A stretch of DNA of 64,000 nucleotides, taken from NCBI GenBank assembly GCA_039918235.1, contig JBDSHZ010000043.1, forward strand, positions 22,891 to 86,890. The letters run 5' to 3'. The DNA comes from Pelobium sp. Lineage in GTDB: Bacteria; Bacteroidota; Bacteroidia; Sphingobacteriales; Sphingobacteriaceae. A model generated the notes under the pieces. It made no database searches. It saw only the letters and a program-made list of their open reading frames with translations, and was not told where the DNA came from. Of the stretch, positions 55,469 to 64,000 are shown piece by piece (position 1 is the stretch's first letter; the number at the start of each line of letters is the position of its first letter). Position numbers and translations under genes: made by a program.

Positions 55469-57589
55469 ATGCTTTCCCCAAACCAACTGCTTAAGAAATA
55501 TTACGGCTATGATGAATTTCGTCCGCAACAGGAAGAAATTATTGAAAAAGCGTTAAGTGGTGCAGATGCTTTGGTGTTGATGCCAACCGGTGGTGGTAAA
55601 TCAATTTGCTTTCAGATTCCCGCATTGTTGTTGCCGGGAACAGCAATTGTGATTTCTCCATTAATTTCTTTAATGAAAGATCAGGTTGATGCTTTGCGGA
55701 GCAATGGTATTCCGGCAGCTTACTTTAATAGCTCACAGACTTTTGAGGAACAACAGGCAATTTTAAATGCCTGCCATCAAGGAGAAATCAAGTTGCTTTA
55801 TATCTCACCAGAAAAATTACTGTCGGAAATTGAGGTAATTACCAAGGCCTGTAAACCTTCCTTATTTGCCATTGATGAAGCGCATTGCGTTTCTTCCTGG
55901 GGCCATGATTTTAGACCGGAATATACTCAAATGGGTTTTTTGAGAGCTCGTTTTTCTCATATTCCCTTTATGGCTTTAACTGCCACGGCAGATAAGGTGA
56001 CACGGAGAGATATCATCAAACAGCTCAAATTCAAAAACCCACAGGTTTTCTTAAGTTCTTTTGATCGAAAAAATTTGAGCTTAGAGGTGAGAATTGGCGT
56101 AAAACCAAAAGAAAAAACCAAAGAGATTATTGATTTTGTACTGGAGCGAGAAAATCAAAGTGGGATCATTTATTGTTTGAGCCGGAAGAAATGTGAAGAA
56201 GCTTATGAGGCTTTGCAGCATGCTGGCATCAATGCCATGTTTTACCACGCAGGGATGAATAGTGAAGCCCGCTCTTCAGTTCAGGATAGGTTTATCAATG
56301 ATGAACTGCAGGTGGTTTGTGCCACCGTTGCTTTCGGGATGGGAATAGATAAGTCTAATGTGCGTTGGGTGATTCACTACAATCTGCCAAAAAATATAGA
56401 AGGATATTATCAGGAAATTGGGAGGGCCGGAAGAGATGGATTGGCCTCTGAAACTATTTTATATTATAATTATGCCGATTTAGCCTTATTGAACAAGTTT
56501 GCAGGAGAGGGAGCAATGGCTGAAGTGAATTTAGAAAAGCTAAAAAGGATGCAGAATTTTGCAGAAGCGGATAGCTGCAGAAGGAAAATATTGCTCAATT
56601 ATTTTTCAGAAAATCCTGAACATAACTGTGGAAACTGTGATGTTTGCCATCATCCTAGAAAACATTTTGACGGTACCATTATGGTGCAAAAAGCACTTTC
56701 TGCTATAGTGAGGATGGGGGAAAAGGAAGGGGGCAATATGGTGATTGATGTTTTAAGAGGATCAAGAAAACAAGATCTGGTAGCTGCTGGCTATGATAAA
56801 ATTAAAACTCATGGTGCCGGGGCAGAAGTTCCTGCTATGGATTGGCAACGCTACATCATGCAAATGCTGAATTTGGGCATCATTGAAATGGCTTATGACG
56901 AGAACTTTGCTTTAAAAATCACGCCTTTAGGAAATGACATTCTATTCCATAAAAAGAAAATTGAATTAACAGTTTTACAGGCTATTAAACCAACTGAGAA
57001 AACGGAAAGAACCAGAAAATCTGTTTCCATAAGTTTAGAAGAGGAATTGTTTAATATTTTGAGAAAAGTTAGGAGAGACTTTGCCATTGCAGAAAATGTA
57101 CCGGCTTATGTTATTTTTTCTGATGCTAGTTTACAGGAAATGGCTCAGCAAAAACCAATGACTGATAATGATTTACTACTGGTTTCTGGAGTTGGGGAGC
57201 ACAAATTGGCTAAATATGGCGAGACTTTTTTAAATGCCATTATTGATTTTTCGTCAAATTCAGGCATTAAAAAACAAAAAGGAAGTAGTTATCAAGAAAC
57301 ATTAAATCTTTACAAGCAGGATGTTTCTGTGGAAGATATTGCTAAACAAAGAGGCTTAGCTTTACCCACTGTTTTTTCACATTTGGCACAGCTTTACTTA
57401 AACGGAGACCTTTCCACTTTGTCTAATTTTATCAATGAAGAAGAAATTGTACAAATAAAAGAAGCCATGAAAGCCACAGGAGAAAGCAAAGTCATGAAAC
57501 CGATTTTTGAATACCTTAAAGAAGCAGTGCCATATCATAAAATTAGATTGGCAATGGCTGTTTTAGAAAAAAGAGAAAGATCCAATTAA
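55469..57589 (+). CDS. recQ: ATP-dependent DNA helicase RecQ
   Basis: MPTGGGKS, DEAHCVSSWGHDFRPEY, ATVAFGMGIDK, QEIGRAGRDG, Zn-binding Cys cluster, RQC, HRDC (PAYVIFSDASL) and C-terminal HTH. Confidence 0.97.
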   Translation: MLSPNQLLKKYYGYDEFRPQQEEIIEKALSGADALVLMPTGGGKSICFQIPALLLPGTAIVISPLISLMKDQVDALRSNGIPAAYFNSSQTFEEQQAILNACHQGEIKLLYISPEKLLSEIEVITKACKPSLFAIDEAHCVSSWGHDFRPEYTQMGFLRARFSHIPFMALTATADKVTRRDIIKQLKFKNPQVFLSSFDRKNLSLEVRIGVKPKEKTKEIIDFVLERENQSGIIYCLSRKKCEEAYEALQHAGINAMFYHAGMNSEARSSVQDRFINDELQVVCATVAFGMGIDKSNVRWVIHYNLPKNIEGYYQEIGRAGRDGLASETILYYNYADLALLNKFAGEGAMAEVNLEKLKRMQNFAEADSCRRKILLNYFSENPEHNCGNCDVCHHPRKHFDGTIMVQKALSAIVRMGEKEGGNMVIDVLRGSRKQDLVAAGYDKIKTHGAGAEVPAMDWQRYIMQMLNLGIIEMAYDENFALKITPLGNDILFHKKKIELTVLQAIKPTEKTERTRKSVSISLEEELFNILRKVRRDFAIAENVPAYVIFSDASLQEMAQQKPMTDNDLLLVSGVGEHKLAKYGETFLNAIIDFSSNSGIKKQKGSSYQETLNLYKQDVSVEDIAKQRGLALPTVFSHLAQLYLNGDLSTLSNFINEEEIVQIKEAMKATGESKVMKPIFEYLKEAVPYHKIRLAMAVLEKRERSN

Positions 57590-57742
57590 TTTTACACTCT
57601 TCTTTCTTCATTTATCTGCAATCGTAATTTAAAATAACAAATAGATTTTGAGGCCTTTATTGAGCTAAATATTCTTATTTATGGTGATTTCTACCATAAA
57701 CTTCTTTATTTTTATTTAATTTCAAATCACAAACCTTGAAAG

Positions 57743-59284
57743 ATGCCGGTTAAAACTTTTGGTAGTGCAGTATATGGTGTTGAAGCATTAAATATTACCG
57801 TTGAAGTAAATATTTCATCAGGAAAAGCAATGTATTTTATTGTGGGACTTCCTGATAATGCAGTTAAAGAAAGCATGCTTAGGATTGAAAGTGCTTTAAC
57901 CAATAGCAACCTAAGAATGCCACGTCAGAAAATTGTGGTAAATATGGCTCCAGCAGATATCAGAAAAGAAGGTTCTGCCTATGATTTAACCATCGCTACA
58001 GGAATTTTGGCTGAATCTGGTCAGATTCCTGAAGAAGAAATTGGGGAATACATTATCATGGGAGAATTGTCTTTAGACGGACAAGTGCAGGCAATTAAAG
58101 GAGCTTTACCCATTTCCATTCAAGCAAAAAAAGAGAAGTTCAAGGGTTTTATTTTACCAAAACAAAATGCCAGAGAAGCGGCAATAGTTAGTGGAATTGA
58201 AGTTTATGGAATTAGTCATATTAACGAGCTGATCGATTTTTTTGCAAACGGAAAGAAGCCAGCAATAACTATTGTTGATACCAGAGACGAGTTTTACCAC
58301 GCCATTAATAATTACGATGCTGATTTTGCAGATGTAAAAGGGCAGGAAAACATCAAGCGTTCTTTAGAAATTGCGGCCGCAGGTGGGCATAACGCCATTT
58401 TAATTGGTCCGCCGGGAGCCGGAAAAACAATGCTTGCAAAGCGTTTGCCAACTATTTTGCCTCCGCTTAATTTGCAGGAAGCTTTAGAAACCACTAAAAT
58501 TCATTCGGTAGCGGGTAAACTTTCTATAACCGATGCTTTAATAACAACCAGGCCATTTAGATCTCCGCACCATACCGTTTCTGATGTTGCTTTGGTTGGT
58601 GGTGGTGGAAATCCACAGCCGGGAGAAATCTCTTTAGCTCATAACGGCGTTCTTTTTCTGGATGAACTGCCAGAATTTAAAAGAACAGTATTAGAAGTAA
58701 TGCGACAACCTCTAGAAGAACGTAGGGTAACTATTGCCAGAGCAAAAATGTCGGTAGATTATCCTGCTAGTTTTATGCTGATTGCGGCTATGAATCCATG
58801 TCCCTGCGGTTATTATAACCATCCCGAAAAGCAATGCGTTTGTGGGCCAGGAGTAGTTCAGAAATATTTGAGTAGGGTAAGTGGTCCGCTGTTAGATAGG
58901 ATTGATTTACATGTAGAGGTAACTCCGGTTGATTTTGATGAATTGTCTTCGGAAAGAAAGTCTGAAAGCAGTGGAGTAATTAGAGAAAGAGTGATTAAGG
59001 CCAGAGACATGCAAACCAAGCGTTTTGCAGAAACTCCAATGATTTATTGTAACGCACAAATGAGTCCTCAGATGGTGAGGGCAATCTGTAAAATATCTGA
59101 TTCCGGGCAGTTATTGTTAAAAAAAGCAATGGAAAAATTAGGATTATCAGCCAGAGCTTATGACCGGATTTTAAAAGTTGCCCGTACCGTTGCCGACCTT
59201 TCTGAAAGTGAAGAAATTGGAATTGAACATTTGGCAGAAGCCATTCATTTTAGGAGTTTGGATAGGGAGAACTGGGCAGGATAG
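57743..59284 (+). CDS. comM: YifB/ComM Mg-chelatase-like AAA+ ATPase
   Basis: IVGLPDNAVKES, NMAPADIRKEGS, GPPGAGKTMLA, GEISLAHNGVLFLDELPEF, MNPCPCG and SARAYDRILKVARTVADL. Confidence 0.92.
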   Translation: MPVKTFGSAVYGVEALNITVEVNISSGKAMYFIVGLPDNAVKESMLRIESALTNSNLRMPRQKIVVNMAPADIRKEGSAYDLTIATGILAESGQIPEEEIGEYIIMGELSLDGQVQAIKGALPISIQAKKEKFKGFILPKQNAREAAIVSGIEVYGISHINELIDFFANGKKPAITIVDTRDEFYHAINNYDADFADVKGQENIKRSLEIAAAGGHNAILIGPPGAGKTMLAKRLPTILPPLNLQEALETTKIHSVAGKLSITDALITTRPFRSPHHTVSDVALVGGGGNPQPGEISLAHNGVLFLDELPEFKRTVLEVMRQPLEERRVTIARAKMSVDYPASFMLIAAMNPCPCGYYNHPEKQCVCGPGVVQKYLSRVSGPLLDRIDLHVEVTPVDFDELSSERKSESSGVIRERVIKARDMQTKRFAETPMIYCNAQMSPQMVRAICKISDSGQLLLKKAMEKLGLSARAYDRILKVARTVADLSESEEIGIEHLAEAIHFRSLDRENWAG

Positions 59285-59348
59285 GAATATCCCGAATAAA
59301 TTTTTTAACCTTAGTGAAGATTTTATTATTTAAATAACAGTTTAAAAT

Positions 59349-62300
59349 ATGCGTTCAACCGCTGGGAGCGAATCTATATATCAGCTTTTTAAGCAAAGTG
59401 TAAAAACTTATCCTGACGCTATAGCAGTATCTTACTTAGATCAACGCATTAGCTATAAAGCATTAGATTTAATTGTTGATTTAGCCGCTTCAAAAATAGA
59501 ATCTTCTGCGAACCCATTTGTAGCTGTTAGCGCTACCAGAAATTTGGAGATGATTGTTGGCCTGCTTGCCATTTTTAAAGCAGGTAAAGCTTATTTACCC
59601 CTTGATATTTCCTATCCAAAAGAGCGCTTGGCGCTGATGGTAAAAGATTCAAATGTTAATTTTTGCTTTTGTAATAAAGAAGAAAATTCTTTTTTTTCAA
59701 ATTTGATAAAGGAGAATGTATCAACTACAAATGTTACTACCGAAAATTCAGAAAATAAAATAGGATATATCTTATATACATCAGGTTCTACTGGTAAGCC
59801 CAAAGGCGTTTGTTTGGGGGCAGAAGCTTTATTGAACCTTTTGGATTGGCAACTGAAAAGCTCCATCTCCAAAGTAAAATCTAAAACGCTACAATATTCT
59901 CCATTAACTTTTGATCCATCTTTTTTAGAGATTTTTGCAACATTCAGTATTGGCGGAGAGTTGGTTTTGATTGATGATGAGCTACGGTTAGATCCTTTCA
60001 GACTTCTTCATTTTTTAGAAAGCGAAAAAATAGAAAGGCTTTTTCTCCCATTTGTTGCTTTACAAATGATAGCAGAAACTGCTGTGGAGTTGAGGATTTT
60101 CCCTTCATCATTAAAAGAAGTAATGACCGCGGGGGAACAATTAAAAGTCACCCCGCAATTGGCGAGTTTTTTTGAAAACTTGCCTGATAGTAGACTTTTC
60201 AATCAATACGGCCCTACAGAGTGCCACGTAGTGACCCAATTGAAATTGGAGGGAAACCCAGCAGCATGGCCACCGCTTCCAAGCATTGGTATACCTATTC
60301 AAAAAACTGACATTTATATTCTGGATGAAAATGGTAAGCTTTTACCAGACGGAGCTATTGGAGAATTATGCATCGCAGGAATTTCATTGGCAGAAGGTTA
60401 TTTAAATCGACCCGAATTAACCAATGAAAAATTCATTTTCTGGAATCATCCTTACAAAGGAGAAATTAGAATTTATAAAAGTGGGGATTTGTCTAAATAT
60501 CTCCCAGACGGAAATATTGAATTTTTAGGTCGTAAAGACAATCAAGTAAAAGTACGTGGATATAGAATCGAGTTAGGCGAAATTGAGGTAAAGCTTAGCG
60601 AAATAGAAAATATAAAGGATGCGGTGGTAGTGGCACATGAAAATAAGTTATTTGCTTATTTGGTGGCAAAAAATCAATCCATCCATCAATCCGAATTACG
60701 CTTAAAACTCCAAAAAACATTACCAGATTACATGATTCCATCCCAGTTTATCTGGATGGATGAATTTCCTAAAACATCCAGCGGAAAAGTTGATCGGAAT
60801 GCTTTAAATATCCCAAAATCAACAAGATCAAATCATATTCCTTATCAAAAACCGGTTTCTTCTTTGGAGAAAATTATGGTGAAGGTTTGGGAAGAGCTGT
60901 TAAAAATTGAAGAAATAGGCGTAAATGACAACTTTTTTGAGCTTGGAGGAAATTCATTATTGGCTCAAAAAGTCATCATTAAATTCTATCAACAAAACAT
61001 TAAACTACCAATTACCAAACTTTATCAATTGCCAACTATTGCTTTAATCGGCAGGTTTTTGGAAGGCGAAAAACCCACTTTCAAAAAAGTAGCGCTTATA
61101 AGAGATTCCAATAAAAACCGTGATGTTGCCATTATCGGCATGAACGGAAGATTCCCGGGAGCTGAAAATGTAGCTCAACTTTGGGAAATGCTAAAAGCGG
61201 GTAAGGAAGGAATTACCTTTTTTGAGGATCAGGAATTGGATGAGTTTATTCCTGATAAAATTAAAGATGATCCACAATATGTTAAAGCAAGAGGAATCTT
61301 AAAGCAAACGGAATATTTTGATGCCGAATTTTGGAATATCAACCCAAAATTGGCTTCATTAATGAATCCGCAACAAAGGATTTTCTTAGAAATCTGTAGA
61401 GACTTACTGGAGAGCAAAGGTTATTTACCTGCAGTTTATGATGGAGTAATCGGCATTTTTGCCGGTGCGGGAAGTAACTCTTATTTCCATAACCATGTAC
61501 TATCCCATCCAGAACTGATTGACCAAGCAGGGAAAACACAGGTAGATACTTTAAATGATAAAGACTATATCGCCTCCCGAACCGCTTTCCATCTGAATTT
61601 GAAAGGTCCGGCTGTAAGTGTTTATGCCGCCTGTTCTACTTCTTTATTGGCCGTTGCACAAGCTGTAGAAAGTATCAGAAATGGGCAAAACCAAATTGCT
61701 TTGGCAGGAGGAATCAGCATCACTACGCCTATGAATAGTGGGCATATTTACGAAGATGGCGCCATGTTTAGCAAAGATGGACATACCCGCACATTTGATG
61801 CGGAGGCTAACGGAACTGTCTTTAGTGATGGCGCAGGTGTAGTTTTATTAAAGAGTTTAGAGGATGCTATTGCTGATGGAGATTTTATTTATTCCGTGAT
61901 CAAAGGTGTTGGAGTAAATAATGATGGAAGCGAAAAAAGCAGTTTCACGGCTCCTAATCCTGCCGGGCAAGCCAGTGCAATTAATATGGCGATGGATGAT
62001 GCGGAGGTAAAGCCTGAAGACATTAGTTATATTGAAGCACACGGAACAGCAACACCTGTTGGAGATCCTTTAGAAATTGAAGGTCTGCAATTGGTTTTTT
62101 CCGAAGCTACGGAAAAGCAATTCTGTGCAATCGGCTCGTTAAAAAGCAATATTGGGCATTTAACGCATGCAGCCGGAGTGGCAGGTTTAATCAAAACTTC
62201 TCTTTCTTTACATCATCAAATTATTCCTCCAACTATTAATTTCAATCAAGAAAATCCGCTCATAAATTTTAATGAATCAGCTTTTTATGTTAGCCGTGAG

Positions 62301-64000
62301 CTAAAAAATTGGGAGAATAACACAAGCCGTTTGGCAGGCGTGAGTTCTTTTGGCGTTGGCGGAACCAATGTTCATGTTATTGTATCCGAATATGAAAATA
62401 AACCCATTTCAAAATCTTCTCCAACTGATGTTGCATTAATTACTTACTCGGCAAAATCGGCGGAAAGTGTTTCTTTATATGAAGACAAGCTTCTTGACTT
62501 TATCCAGCAGCATCCAGAAAAGGATATAGGTGACATTGCTTACACCCTCCAAAGCACAAGAGAAAACTTCAGCTTTAGAAAAAGTATTGCAGTTAAAAAT
62601 CTTGAGGATTTTAAAGGTGAATTACAAAAGAAAACCTCGGCTCAGGAACTTAAAGAAGCTGTAAATGAAGTGGTGTTTTTATTTCCAGGTCAGGGGGCAC
62701 AATATCTGCAAATGGGTAAGGAGCTTTATGAATCAGAGTCGGTTTATAAAACTGCAATTGATGAATGTGCTGAAATTCTAAAATCCTGTTGGGATGAAGA
62801 CATCAAAAGCATTTTATTTGGGGACGAGGAAAAAAAGCTGAATAATACTTACTATACCCAACCGGCAATATTTATTACCTCTTATGCACTGGCAAAATTA
62901 TGGATGCATTGGGGCGTAAATCCTCAGATTTTAATTGGGCATAGCATTGGAGAATTTGTTGCGGCACATTTTGCAGGCGTATTTTCTTTAGCAGATGCTT
63001 TAAAGCTGATTGTTCACCGAGGAAAGTTGGTAAGTACTGTGAGCAAAGGAAGTATGTTGGCAGTGAAGAGCTCGGTAGAAACGCTCAACCTCCCTGCAGA
63101 TTTAAGTATTGCCACTATAAACACCCCAAAACAGTGCGTAGTTTCTGGAACCGATGAAGCCATTAGTGCTTTTTCAAAAGAACTAGATAAAAATGGAATT
63201 GCCAATAAGGTGCTAAAAACTAGCCATGCTTTTCATTCTTACATGATGGATGAAATTGTTGTGCCGTTTCAAAAAATGGTGTCTCAAATTAAATTGCACA
63301 TTCCTCAAAAACCCATTATTTCTACCGTAACTGCTCAATTTTTAACGGATCAAGAAGCAACAGATCCTGCTTATTGGGCAAACCATATGCGGGCAACTGT
63401 AAATTTTGCAGGGGCAATTCAATTTTTAGCAATCAATTCTTCAATGGTTTTATTGGAGGTTGGACCAGGTAAATCTTTAAGCACAGCGGCTATCCAAACT
63501 GCTACTGTAAAATGTAAAAGTATTGCAGGTATTGAAAGCAATGAGAATCTTGACAGTGAGAAAATAGCTTTATTCAATGCTTTAGGTAAATTATGGACTT
63601 ATGGCTTTCAGCCTGATTGGAAAATAATCAATGGGGAAAAGCATTTCAATAAAATTGAGCTTCCAACATACGCCTACAATAGAAAAAAATATTGGCTCAA
63701 TCCTGTTAAGTCAAACATAACAGCATCAACATTTATTGAAACATTAGCTGAAGAGATAGTAACTGAAAAACTCAGTAAAAATGATCTTTTAAGGAAAAAT
63801 ATATCTTTCATCCTTGAAAATGCTTCTGGCATTTCTGTTGGTCCCGCTGCTCAAGAACTCAGCTTGATTGAGTTAGGATTTGATTCACTTTTATTAACCC
63901 AAGTTGCGCTAACGCTTAGAAAAGAATTTGGTTTGCCTATCTCGTTTAAGCAATTGAGTGACGAGTTGATGAGTGTGGAGTTATTGGCCAATTATTTAGA
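59349..64000 (+). CDS. Hybrid NRPS-type I PKS, 3' partial (A-PCP-KS-AT-ACP-...)
   Basis: Open frame from ATG 59349 to the window end, so missing from the ORF track. A domain YTSGSTGKPKG, YKSGDL and KTSSGKVDR; PCP FFELGGNSL (Ser at 60954); KS AACSTSL, EAHGT and IGHLTHAAG; AT GHSIG and HAFH; ACP ELGFDSL (Ser at 63885). Confidence 0.95.
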   Translation, partial: MRSTAGSESIYQLFKQSVKTYPDAIAVSYLDQRISYKALDLIVDLAASKIESSANPFVAVSATRNLEMIVGLLAIFKAGKAYLPLDISYPKERLALMVKDSNVNFCFCNKEENSFFSNLIKENVSTTNVTTENSENKIGYILYTSGSTGKPKGVCLGAEALLNLLDWQLKSSISKVKSKTLQYSPLTFDPSFLEIFATFSIGGELVLIDDELRLDPFRLLHFLESEKIERLFLPFVALQMIAETAVELRIFPSSLKEVMTAGEQLKVTPQLASFFENLPDSRLFNQYGPTECHVVTQLKLEGNPAAWPPLPSIGIPIQKTDIYILDENGKLLPDGAIGELCIAGISLAEGYLNRPELTNEKFIFWNHPYKGEIRIYKSGDLSKYLPDGNIEFLGRKDNQVKVRGYRIELGEIEVKLSEIENIKDAVVVAHENKLFAYLVAKNQSIHQSELRLKLQKTLPDYMIPSQFIWMDEFPKTSSGKVDRNALNIPKSTRSNHIPYQKPVSSLEKIMVKVWEELLKIEEIGVNDNFFELGGNSLLAQKVIIKFYQQNIKLPITKLYQLPTIALIGRFLEGEKPTFKKVALIRDSNKNRDVAIIGMNGRFPGAENVAQLWEMLKAGKEGITFFEDQELDEFIPDKIKDDPQYVKARGILKQTEYFDAEFWNINPKLASLMNPQQRIFLEICRDLLESKGYLPAVYDGVIGIFAGAGSNSYFHNHVLSHPELIDQAGKTQVDTLNDKDYIASRTAFHLNLKGPAVSVYAACSTSLLAVAQAVESIRNGQNQIALAGGISITTPMNSGHIYEDGAMFSKDGHTRTFDAEANGTVFSDGAGVVLLKSLEDAIADGDFIYSVIKGVGVNNDGSEKSSFTAPNPAGQASAINMAMDDAEVKPEDISYIEAHGTATPVGDPLEIEGLQLVFSEATEKQFCAIGSLKSNIGHLTHAAGVAGLIKTSLSLHHQIIPPTINFNQENPLINFNESAFYVSRELKNWENNTSRLAGVSSFGVGGTNVHVIVSEYENKPISKSSPTDVALITYSAKSAESVSLYEDKLLDFIQQHPEKDIGDIAYTLQSTRENFSFRKSIAVKNLEDFKGELQKKTSAQELKEAVNEVVFLFPGQGAQYLQMGKELYESESVYKTAIDECAEILKSCWDEDIKSILFGDEEKKLNNTYYTQPAIFITSYALAKLWMHWGVNPQILIGHSIGEFVAAHFAGVFSLADALKLIVHRGKLVSTVSKGSMLAVKSSVETLNLPADLSIATINTPKQCVVSGTDEAISAFSKELDKNGIANKVLKTSHAFHSYMMDEIVVPFQKMVSQIKLHIPQKPIISTVTAQFLTDQEATDPAYWANHMRATVNFAGAIQFLAINSSMVLLEVGPGKSLSTAAIQTATVKCKSIAGIESNENLDSEKIALFNALGKLWTYGFQPDWKIINGEKHFNKIELPTYAYNRKKYWLNPVKSNITASTFIETLAEEIVTEKLSKNDLLRKNISFILENASGISVGPAAQELSLIELGFDSLLLTQVALTLRKEFGLPISFKQLSDELMSVELLANYL

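Noticed and set aside
226-63205. Short opposite-strand or alternate-frame ORFs in the track (e.g. 627..962, 13538..13975, 24707..25171, 41047..41532, 59612..63205 minus-strand ORFs)
   Set aside because: They lie within well-supported longer genes and show no recognisable motifs; treated as shadow ORFs.

Overview
AT-rich chromosomal window from a member of Bacteroidota. It is probably Sphingobacteriaceae/Pedobacter-like, inferred from gldH, TAnnTTTG promoter motifs and gene content. It is mostly core genes (nadA, nadB, mnmG, uup-like ABC-F, ybeY, mfd, ffh, murF, gldH, holB, ruvX, recQ, comM/yifB). It appears to be origin-proximal: there are two perfect parS sites beside mnmG, a third degenerate one in nadA, and a DnaA-box-containing AT-rich nadA-nadB spacer (candidate oriC). 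The main highlights are: (1) a six-gene operon linking a DUF427 protein, an RclA-like flavin disulfide reductase, a betaine-class ABC transporter with a circularly permuted binding domain, and egtB/egtD, a candidate ergothioneine make/import/recycle system; (2) two 27-bp perfect palindromes inside the YhcG/DUF1016 coding sequence; (3) two copies of a roughly 70-nt structured intergenic element with conserved flanks and a swapped central hairpin (Flavo-1-like); (4) a hicAB module in which both genes look broken; (5) a small-protein/nucleotidyltransferase pair; and (6) a hybrid NRPS-PKS gene (A-PCP-KS-AT-ACP) that runs off the right edge and is absent from the supplied ORF track. I found no rRNA, tRNA, CRISPR array or intact transposase. 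All family assignments come from motif recognition by eye, not database searches.
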